Of a DNA stretch of 21,222 bases, positions 9,726 to 17,429 are shown piece by piece. The stretch comes from Calditrichia bacterium. Its GTDB lineage: Bacteria; Calditrichota; Calditrichia; RBG-13-44-9; J075. Position 1 is the first letter of the stretch. Every line of letters starts with the position of its first letter. Location of the stretch: contig JBOEGD010000007.1 of NCBI GenBank assembly GCA_050633245.1, positions 60,900-82,121 of the forward strand, given 5' to 3'. The notes beneath the pieces were generated by a model. The model was not told the origin of the DNA. It made no database searches and was given only the letters and a program-made list of their open reading frames with translations. Both the position numbers and the translations under genes were made by a program.

Positions 9726-9737
9726 ATTTTTGTCTGC

Positions 9738-12700
9738 CTAGTTCACCTGCCCATTGTCCAGCAGGATAGCTTCGCGACCAAGGATGCCCTCTACCCGGTG
9801 GATAAAGTCGTCTGTGAGAAGCACACGAAAGCGCTTGGAGCGCAGCATCAGTCCAACATTGCTGTTTTCCGTACGCACGTCGAACTTCAGATCGACTGAG
9901 CCCGGAAATTCTCTGATTGTGCGATAGAGCGTGTCAATTTGATCGATGGAGATATTACTGGTATCGACTTTGAGACAAATGGAGTCTGCCATGCGATTGC
10001 GTGATTCTTCAATTGGAATGATCTCATTGCAGAGCATCTTAAAAGTCAGGTCTCCCTGATCATCCACTTTACCGCTGACAAAGACAATTTCTCCCTGCTT
10101 CAAAAATTCTGCGTATTTTTCGTAGGTGCTGGCGAAGACAATCCCTTCAAAAGTAGAAAAGCGATCTTCAAACGTTACAAAGGCCATAAATCGACCTTTA
10201 CGATCCATATGGGTCTTTAATACGCTTACCATTGCAGCAGTCTTTACAATCTTTCCGGAACGATAACTTTCGCTATCCTGCCAGTCCAGATTGGAAAACA
10301 GCTGAATTTCCTTCTCGTAACGATCGAGTGGATGTCCACTGATATAAAAGCCCATCAGTTCTTTTTCGCGATTCAGGCGATCCTGTAGCGGCCATTCCTG
10401 TAAATCTGGCAATACCGGATACTGAAGAAATGCACCGGCACTGTTTTCTTCCTTATCGTCACTCATCAGATCGAACAGATTAGTTTGCGATTTGTTCTTA
10501 GCCTGCTCCTGAAATTTTTGTCCGAAAGAGTGGGCCGTCTCGATAGATGCGAACTTCTGTGCCCGATTTCCTTCCAGCGAATCCACGGCACCAGCCTGAG
10601 TCAGCGATTCAACAACCTTGCGGTTTACCAGGCGCAAGTCGAGCTCCTGCAAGAACTGGAAAAGGTTCTTGAATTCGCCGACTTCTTTCCGCACTTCGAG
10701 CATATTGCGAATCGCATTCTTTCCAACATTCTTAATCGCCGTCAGTCCAAATGAGACCTTGCCGGGCTCAGGAACACCAAATACCGCATCCGAGCGATTT
10801 ACATCCGGTGGTAACACGTCTAGTCCCATGCGCTTACACTCATCAATTAAAATAATAATTCGCTTGGGATCACTGATTTCAGAGGTAAGCGACGCGGCCA
10901 TAAACTCCGCAGGATGATGGCGTTTTAGATATGCTGTTTGATAAGCGAGGATTGAATAAGCCGCAGAGTGAGATTTGTTAAATCCGTAGCTGGCGAACTT
11001 AAAGATCAAATCGTAAATCGCTTTGGCAGTCTTCTTGGTGATGCCGTTCTCGTCGCAACCTTCTACAAACTCGACTTCCATCTCTGCCATTAGTGCCAGC
11101 TTTTTCTTACCCATGGCGCGGCGCAGAATATCGGCTTTACCAAGACTGAACTTGCCAAGATCGGAAGCAATTCGCATCACCTGTTCCTGATAAACAATAA
11201 TTCCGTTCGTTTCTTTCAGGATAGGTTCGAGCATTGGGTGCAGGTATTCGATCTTCTGTCCAAACTTACGCGCAATGTAGGTATCGATATTCTCCATCGG
11301 CCCCGGTCGATACAGAGCATTCATCGCAATAAGATCTTCAATGCGATCGGGCTTTAGCTTTCGCAGATATTCCTGCATACCCTTACTCTCGAATTGGAAG
11401 ATTCCAACGGTTCCACCATCACAGAAAATTTCATAGGTCGCAGGGTCATCCAGCGGCACATTATCAATATCTAATGCCACACCGGTAGATTTCTTTACCA
11501 TTTCAACGCACTTATAAATCACCGTCAGCGTACGCAGGCCCAGGAAGTCCATTTTCAGCAGGCCAATTTCCTCGCAGCCGTTCATGCTGAACTGAGTGGT
11601 TACGACCTTGTTTTTATTGGCATCTTCGGTTTGATAGAGCGGCGCGTAGTCGGTAAGTTCACCTGGCGCAATAATAATTCCGGCGGCGTGAACCGAAGCA
11701 TGGCGAGACATGCCTTCGAGCACTTCGGCATGCTTAATAAGCTCTTTATGTTTTGGCGTGCCGTTTTCCGCGACTTCAATAAGCTCAGGGATTTTGCTAA
11801 ACGCCTCTTTAATCTTCATTGGCTTGCCCTGATGCACCGGGATGAGCTTGGAAATGCGATCAGCCTCGGCATAGTCGATTTCCAAAACACGGGCAACATC
11901 TTTTATTACACCTTTTGACGCCATTGTTCCAAAGGTGATAATCTGCGCTACGCTGCGCTCACCGTATTTCTGACGCACGTATTCAATCACCTCTTCACGG
12001 CGTTCGAAGCAAAAGTCAATATCAATATCGGGCATGGTAACGCGTTCCGGGTTCAGAAAACGCTCAAACAGCAGGTCATAACGCAGCGGGTCGACATTGG
12101 TAATCCCCAGCGCGTAAGCGACCAGACTTCCGGCGGCAGAGCCACGTCCGAGTCCCACCGGAATATCCTGCTCACGTGCATAATCGATAAAATCCTGCAC
12201 GATTAGGAAGTAACCGGCAAATCCGGTTTTGCGAATAACCGAGATTTCATACTTTAAGCGCTCTTCGATCTCGGGCGTAATGTCTCCATAGCGATCGGCG
12301 GTTCCAATTCGTGAGACCTTTTCAAGATAATCTTCCAGCGACAGATCTTTATCTTCTTCCGGTAACGGGAATTGCGGCAGCTTGTGCACGCCCATCTCAA
12401 TATCGACGTCGATCTTTTCCGCAACTTCCATGGTGCGCTCCAGCGCATCCACCTGATTGGGAAACATCTTATACATCTCGTCAACATTCTTTAGATACAG
12501 CTCTTGCGTTCCATAGCGTAGGCGATTTGGATCGCTCAGACATTTGCCAGAGTTGATACACACCAGCACATCATGCGAATCGTGATGTCCTTTTTCCAAA
12601 TAATGCACGTCATTCGTTGCCACAATAGGCACGTTCATTTCCTTGCCCAGCTTGTAGACATTATCATACCCGGCTTCCATCTCCAGCAGGTGATTTTGGA

Positions 12701-13223
12701 TCTCAAGATAATAATCGTCTCCAAATACCCCCTGATACCACTCAACCGTTTCGATAGCACCTTTTTTATCCCCCGTTTCGAGCTGAGCAAATACCTCACC
12801 ACTCATGCAGGCAGACAAAACGATAATCCCTTCGCTGTATTTTTCCAGCATTTCCCTGTCGATGCGTGGTTTGTAGTAAAAGCCTTCGATAAACGCCACA
12901 CTTGAGAGCTTCATCAGATTTCGATAGCCGACATTGTTTTTAGCAAGTAGAACCAAATGGTAGGAAGCGCGATTGCGGATGCCATTCGCCTTACGTTCGC
13001 TGCGATGTCCGGGAGCCATATAGGCTTCCATCCCGATGATCGGCTTTATTCCGGCGCTTTTAGCAGCTTTAAAGAATTCCAGCGCACCAAACATGTTGCC
13101 GTGATCGGTAATAGCCAGCGCCGGCATATTGTATTCCTGCGCTTTGGCGATCATCTGTTTGACCTTGTTTGCGCCGTCCAGCAGACTGAATTCACTGTGA
13201 TTATGTAGGTGAACGTAAGACAA
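9738..13223 (-). CDS. dnaE: DNA polymerase III alpha subunit
   Basis: 1161 aa; PHP HLHNHSEFSLLDG, GRGSAAGS, catalytic MPDIDIDF, GLLKMDFLGL, YGFNKSH, clamp motif QTNLF, C-terminal OB fold. TTG start with AAGGAG RBS. Confidence 0.98.
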   Translation of the reverse strand: MSYVHLHNHSEFSLLDGANKVKQMIAKAQEYNMPALAITDHGNMFGALEFFKAAKSAGIKPIIGMEAYMAPGHRSERKANGIRNRASYHLVLLAKNNVGYRNLMKLSSVAFIEGFYYKPRIDREMLEKYSEGIIVLSACMSGEVFAQLETGDKKGAIETVEWYQGVFGDDYYLEIQNHLLEMEAGYDNVYKLGKEMNVPIVATNDVHYLEKGHHDSHDVLVCINSGKCLSDPNRLRYGTQELYLKNVDEMYKMFPNQVDALERTMEVAEKIDVDIEMGVHKLPQFPLPEEDKDLSLEDYLEKVSRIGTADRYGDITPEIEERLKYEISVIRKTGFAGYFLIVQDFIDYAREQDIPVGLGRGSAAGSLVAYALGITNVDPLRYDLLFERFLNPERVTMPDIDIDFCFERREEVIEYVRQKYGERSVAQIITFGTMASKGVIKDVARVLEIDYAEADRISKLIPVHQGKPMKIKEAFSKIPELIEVAENGTPKHKELIKHAEVLEGMSRHASVHAAGIIIAPGELTDYAPLYQTEDANKNKVVTTQFSMNGCEEIGLLKMDFLGLRTLTVIYKCVEMVKKSTGVALDIDNVPLDDPATYEIFCDGGTVGIFQFESKGMQEYLRKLKPDRIEDLIAMNALYRPGPMENIDTYIARKFGQKIEYLHPMLEPILKETNGIIVYQEQVMRIASDLGKFSLGKADILRRAMGKKKLALMAEMEVEFVEGCDENGITKKTAKAIYDLIFKFASYGFNKSHSAAYSILAYQTAYLKRHHPAEFMAASLTSEISDPKRIIILIDECKRMGLDVLPPDVNRSDAVFGVPEPGKVSFGLTAIKNVGKNAIRNMLEVRKEVGEFKNLFQFLQELDLRLVNRKVVESLTQAGAVDSLEGNRAQKFASIETAHSFGQKFQEQAKNKSQTNLFDLMSDDKEENSAGAFLQYPVLPDLQEWPLQDRLNREKELMGFYISGHPLDRYEKEIQLFSNLDWQDSESYRSGKIVKTAAMVSVLKTHMDRKGRFMAFVTFEDRFSTFEGIVFASTYEKYAEFLKQGEIVFVSGKVDDQGDLTFKMLCNEIIPIEESRNRMADSICLKVDTSNISIDQIDTLYRTIREFPGSVDLKFDVRTENSNVGLMLRSKRFRVLLTDDFIHRVEGILGREAILLDNGQVN

Positions 13224-13268
13224 CCTTGCACTCCTTGCAGTTTGAGGTTACAAATCCGGGGTTGGGTT

Positions 13269-13297
13269 AATTTAGCCGTACAGAGGATGTATTGCAA
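13269..13297 (-). promoter_or_regulatory. Sigma70-type promoter of dnaE
   Basis: Minus strand TTGCAA (13297-13292), 17-nt spacer, TAAATT (13274-13269). Confidence 0.55.
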
Positions 13298-13348
13298 ACG
13301 GAATCTAGTGACCATTTGCAATTGACTATTTTACAATAGTTTAGAAGA

Positions 13349-13376
13349 AGTAAAAAGTGAAAGGTGAAAAGTGAAA
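13349..13376. repeat. Heptamer array (AGTGAAA)x4, imperfect
   Basis: AGTAAAA AGTGAAA GGTGAAA AGTGAAA; same family and orientation as 9516-9536. Confidence 0.85.
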
Positions 13377-13537
13377 AACAGACAGAGTTTTAGTGATATG
13401 AGGTGGATAAATGACGGGTTTTATAGGGGTTAGGGAGGGTTGCTTTTAAGTAAGGGAAATAGTGAACGGTTGTGATAGTTAAAAATCGTAGGCTACTGAA
13501 AGAACTACCTTTCAGGGTTTGATTAAGAACGTTTTGC

Positions 13538-14011
13538 TTATGAGCCAAACTGAAATCCCCATCTCGAATTTGCAATCAGCATTATTAGTATTAAATAGTG
13601 CCAGATTATAATTGAAACACCAAACTGCAAATACATATTTGGCAATTTATGATGAGTATAGAGTTCCTCTTCTAAAAAGTTAAGCCTTACCAGTTTTTCA
13701 TAGACGTCATGATTTGACTTAAACAGACGATGGATCGCAATTAGTGAGATCGGAAGAAAGCAAAATAAACCAATTATCGTTAAAATTGTTAGAAAGAAAC
13801 TCAGCTCAAAGACATTCTGAACAGCTTTGGAAGTTAAGAGCCGGCCAATCGTGATGAGTAAAATACTTGATATCGATATAATTGCATTGTTGAATCTCTG
13901 ATTAAAGCTTTCAAGCGCAGCGACCAAAGATTGAAACCTTTTTTCATCCATAGACTTCCTCTTGCTATTAGTTTCAGAAACGACTTGACCAGCAGTTGGC
14001 CTTCCACTCAT
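13538..14011 (-). CDS. Hypothetical small membrane protein (about 3 TM segments), low GC
   Basis: Hydrophobic stretches AIISISSILLITIG, FFLTILTIIGLFCFLPISLIAI and FGVSIIIWHYLILIMLIA. Its ATG overlaps the upstream stop (TAATG); alternative ATG at 13951 with GAGGA. Confidence 0.7.
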   Translation of the reverse strand: MSGRPTAGQVVSETNSKRKSMDEKRFQSLVAALESFNQRFNNAIISISSILLITIGRLLTSKAVQNVFELSFFLTILTIIGLFCFLPISLIAIHRLFKSNHDVYEKLVRLNFLEEELYTHHKLPNMYLQFGVSIIIWHYLILIMLIANSRWGFQFGS

Positions 14012-17000
14012 TAGCTACCAAACTCATCATCCGGGTTGATCTCGACCTCCGGCATGGGTTCGAATTTAGAAGGATCGAATGCAGGCATTTCTGGCTCAGG
14101 AGCCTCCAGGGTCTTCAGAAGCTCTTTCGCTTTGGTTAGGCCACGATAATAGGCATATGGAGGCCCATCACACCAGGCTTTGCGATAGGCCTCGGTGGCT
14201 GCTTCTATGGCAGCCTGGTTATTACCGGCATCCTGTTCAATTTTGGCCAGAACGAGCAAAGCATCGGCATGAAAGATTGGATAGGGGCCTCGTTCGGCTG
14301 ACTCCCACACCTCCTCTAGGAGATTTCGAGCGTTCTCAGGCTCTTTCTGCTGCCAATTTAAATCAGCAAGAGCGATCAGGGTCGCTAGTTCTTCTTCTAT
14401 TACTTGTACATTATGTGCGCGCCTGAGAGCAAAATGCAGCTTTTCCTTTGCATAATCCAGATCCCCTAACTGCATAGCTGCACTGCCCTGCAACCTAGCA
14501 GCACGGATAATGTCTCGTTCGAGACGTAGAATCCCAGCTAATCTCCAAGCCTCTTCAGCAAACTTTTTCGCTGAATCTGGCGTATTCTGTAAAAGAGATG
14601 CTTTTGAAAGGTAAGCATTTGTCACACCCATGAATTGTTCATGGTTTTGATCTATCCAAATTCGATAAGAGTGCTGTAAAAAGCGTTCGGCTTCCTCATA
14701 TTTTCCTAATAAAGGCAAGACAAGCCCCAATAAATACAGACTCATTCCCAAGGGATAGTCATATTTTATATCTTGAGCAATTACCAGAGCAATTTTAGCA
14801 GTGGCCTCAGACCTATAGAGTGCGCCAATCGAAGTCAAAGTCTGAGATAAATTGCACATTGAAACAGAAAGATTGCTTTGATCACCTTCTAGTGAGTCAA
14901 TTCGTAGAGCCCGTTCAAAAATCATAACTGCAGTACCGGGCCGGCCCGCAAAGTGATATCCACCTGCCAGCGAATCTATAGCAAATGCCTGAGTCATTGA
15001 ATTGCTTAGAGATGGTAGACTATCAGTGCCATTCGGAAAAAGACGTTCTAGCAGCTCAACCCGTAAACGGCTGGCACTCAACCGCCATAGCGTAGCAGCA
15101 TCAAGCTTTTCATAAAAAATCATAAATGCTGCATCATATTGCCCCAGTTCAATTAAGGTATTATAGAGTTCAATCGCTGGGGTCAGATCTTCCACAGTTT
15201 CTACTTTAAGATAATCCTCCATCATCGGCATAGCTTCGAAGTGGCTACGCAGTGAACCATAAATATCGCTACGTTGCGTGTCATCAAGTCTGCTCCACAC
15301 CACTCCGCGTACAATCGGATGCAAATCGTAGCGGTTTGCGCGGCGATCCCAGCCAAGCAGTCCTCTGTCTTCAAGTATCGTGAGTGACTGGTCCATTTCT
15401 TTGAAAGTCGCAAAGGGTCTCTGCCCATGATCATCACCGTTTTCGATGGAAATCAGCAGGGCCTTGAGAGTGTCAATGCTAGCCGGCATGCGGAAGCCGG
15501 CAATCACGTGCAGCGTACGCAGTTCTGCTTTGGAAAGGCCGCGCAGCGCATGGGTGAGTACCTCCGTCTGCACTTGCACCAGCGGTAGATCAAAGGGATC
15601 AAACTCTGGATGCGCAGCCCGCCAGGCATCAAAATCACCGGGTGCCTCACGAAATTCTGCAACCTCATAGGCAAGCAGCTGAAGGAGTAAGGGGTGTTTC
15701 TCAAATGTGTGAAAAACCGGCAGCATGGTCTCACGAGAGCCTTTGGCACCGTAAGCTCTCCATAGTTCCAGCGCATCGGCATCGCTTAATCCTTTAAGAA
15801 AAAGCGCAGAACAACCGGGCAAGAGCTGCCCCGTCGGTACCTGCAAATCTGCCGGATAAAGCCGGGTGCTGGCCAAGATTCGCGTGTTGCTAAGGCGGGC
15901 AAGCTTGCGAAGAAACTGGCCAGCCCTGACATCTGCGGTTTTACGCAGTTGATGCTTGCCAACGAAAGACTTACCGGCGCTTTGCGGCAGGCCTGATGCT
16001 TTGGCTACATAATTAGACGTTTCCTCATCAAGCGTATTCTCATCCAATAGATAGGCAGCATCCTGACGGGCATAGGCGATTAAAATGCGTTCCAATCCAT
16101 CCAGAACCAAAAGAAAAGACTCTTGACTAAGAGCATTGAGTAGGGCATCCTGCTGCTCGGCAATTGGAGTGTTTTTCAACGATTCAAGCGAACGCCCACT
16201 TACATATGCAAGAGTACGGGTCACAAAATTCTCAAAGGTTGCATCAGACTCATAGAAGCTCCACCAAACCTGTCCGGCCCACTTCTTTTCCTGCGGGGCA
16301 ATGTCATTGAACCAGGTCCAGGTAAGCGCAGATTTACCCATCCCGCCAATGGCCACAATATTGAAGATGGTAACATCTCGTAATTTCGATTTGGTGACCC
16401 AATCGGTAAGAATATCAAGCTCGCGCTTGCGTCCTACCAAACCTCTTGTTTGCAGCAAGGTATAAGGGTGCGCGATGTAGGGCTTGCCTTTTTCCGGGAT
16501 GGTAGAAACGTAATGAAACAAGTCAGCAACCTTGGTTGCAGGTTCTTCACCGCCGATAATAGCATCTTCCAGCTGCTTTCTGGCCTCGGTTAGCGCATGA
16601 AGCGCCTGACCTCGCAGATCTTTCGGACTCTCAAAGAAGCCAACAACACGCTCCTTTTTAAGACGGGCTTTTAACGCAGTCAGCTTATCTGCAGAGTCAC
16701 CAGTGTCAAAATCTGCCGGTTTCACAGCTACTTCACTATGCATCAAAAATAGCAGACGCGGGATGCCTCGTTCGACCGCCCTCTCGTATTCCATTTCAGT
16801 GATAGATATATCGTGCTCATCTGGAATATAGCCATAACGATGTGCAAACAGCCCAACATAGATATCTGCTTCTTCTACAAGAGCCAGTGAGGCTTCAATA
16901 GCATCGGCATCGAGCGCAGGTAGCTGCTCCATCATTATGGGAAACATGCTCGCCCGTAGACAGGCATCCTGTACCTGCTGACGATACTCCGGCAAATCGC

Positions 17001-17040
17001 GTGATGTGCTGCTGACCATTACCTTCAGAATTTCACTCAT
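14011..17040 (-). CDS. DUF4062 / STAND (NB-ARC-like) NTPase / winged helix / TPR protein (bacterial NLR-like)
   Basis: DUF4062 signature VMVSSTSRDL...ME...DIYVGLFAHRYG...SITEMEY..A; LVGRKREL; Walker A AIGGMGKS; Walker B FLLVLDGLE; LKGLSDADALEL; HPLLLQL; YDLHPIVR; C-terminal helical repeats. AAGGTG RBS. Confidence 0.92.
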   Translation of the reverse strand: MSEILKVMVSSTSRDLPEYRQQVQDACLRASMFPIMMEQLPALDADAIEASLALVEEADIYVGLFAHRYGYIPDEHDISITEMEYERAVERGIPRLLFLMHSEVAVKPADFDTGDSADKLTALKARLKKERVVGFFESPKDLRGQALHALTEARKQLEDAIIGGEEPATKVADLFHYVSTIPEKGKPYIAHPYTLLQTRGLVGRKRELDILTDWVTKSKLRDVTIFNIVAIGGMGKSALTWTWFNDIAPQEKKWAGQVWWSFYESDATFENFVTRTLAYVSGRSLESLKNTPIAEQQDALLNALSQESFLLVLDGLERILIAYARQDAAYLLDENTLDEETSNYVAKASGLPQSAGKSFVGKHQLRKTADVRAGQFLRKLARLSNTRILASTRLYPADLQVPTGQLLPGCSALFLKGLSDADALELWRAYGAKGSRETMLPVFHTFEKHPLLLQLLAYEVAEFREAPGDFDAWRAAHPEFDPFDLPLVQVQTEVLTHALRGLSKAELRTLHVIAGFRMPASIDTLKALLISIENGDDHGQRPFATFKEMDQSLTILEDRGLLGWDRRANRYDLHPIVRGVVWSRLDDTQRSDIYGSLRSHFEAMPMMEDYLKVETVEDLTPAIELYNTLIELGQYDAAFMIFYEKLDAATLWRLSASRLRVELLERLFPNGTDSLPSLSNSMTQAFAIDSLAGGYHFAGRPGTAVMIFERALRIDSLEGDQSNLSVSMCNLSQTLTSIGALYRSEATAKIALVIAQDIKYDYPLGMSLYLLGLVLPLLGKYEEAERFLQHSYRIWIDQNHEQFMGVTNAYLSKASLLQNTPDSAKKFAEEAWRLAGILRLERDIIRAARLQGSAAMQLGDLDYAKEKLHFALRRAHNVQVIEEELATLIALADLNWQQKEPENARNLLEEVWESAERGPYPIFHADALLVLAKIEQDAGNNQAAIEAATEAYRKAWCDGPPYAYYRGLTKAKELLKTLEAPEPEMPAFDPSKFEPMPEVEINPDDEFGS

Positions 17041-17078
17041 GTTTCACCTTTCGGCCTTTTGAAAAAGCAGAGCTAAGA

Positions 17079-17156
17079 AACAATTTTGTAGAAACACAAT
17101 AAAGTCATCTGCATCAGGGTAACCCTGGAGCAGGTTTTTCTATCAACAAAATTATT
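17079..17156 (-). promoter_or_regulatory. Long imperfect stem-loop in the predicted 5' leader of the DUF4062-STAND gene
   Basis: Nested inverted repeats AACAATTTTG/CAAAATTATT, TAGAAA/TTTCTA, CTGC/GCAG and CAGGGT/ACCCTG. Confidence 0.5.
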
Positions 17157-17179
17157 GGGGAGTAAACTTCTATTGATTA

Positions 17180-17208
17180 AATATAGCTGCATTTTATCGT
17201 TAGGGCAA
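17180..17208 (-). promoter_or_regulatory. Sigma70-type promoter of the DUF4062-STAND operon
   Basis: Minus strand TTGCCC (17208-17203), 17-nt spacer, TATATT (17185-17180); the -10 is identical to that predicted for fahA. Confidence 0.55.
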
Positions 17209-17311
17209 GCTGTTGCTACGGAGGTCAACAACTAGCTGCGAGCAAGTGCTTATCGCTATTAAGAGCTTTGCAACGCCACTGGATTGACCGATGTCTCCGC
17301 TCAAAATCACC

Positions 17312-17358
17312 TTTAACCATGAAATCTCGTAATTACAACTCGAATTTTCATGGTTAAA
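17312..17358. repeat. 13-bp perfect inverted repeat, function unknown
   Basis: TTTAACCATGAAA (17312-17324), 21 nt, TTTCATGGTTAAA (17346-17358). Confidence 0.85.
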
Positions 17359-17429
17359 ATGATAATTGTGCAATTAATCGCAGGAATTGCGAACATACGT
17401 GCGGGTCTGGGGTTGCGTGACGCAATTTA

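Noticed and set aside
9669-9899. 76-aa plus-strand ORF
   Set aside because: Its N-terminus (PTLPLSRSPALP) is the translated octamer repeat and the rest is antisense to dnaE.
9738-13223. Intein in dnaE
   Set aside because: Length is normal, the YGFNKSH region is uninterrupted, and no splicing or LAGLIDADG motifs were seen.
13496-13515. Hairpin CTGAAAG-N6-CTTTCAG as the island terminator
   Set aside because: Weak 7-bp stem with no adjacent U-tract on the minus strand; it might be a decayed repeat element but is not assignable.
13390-13575. 61-aa ORF as a third gene of the island
   Set aside because: TTG start inside the TM gene, no clear RBS or motif, and it runs through a hairpin region; cannot be supported.
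17311-17359. Integron attC site (AAC...GTT inverted repeat)
   Set aside because: Only about 49 bp, the ends do not fit RYYYAAC/GTTRRRY, it is not placed after a cassette ORF, and there is no integrase.
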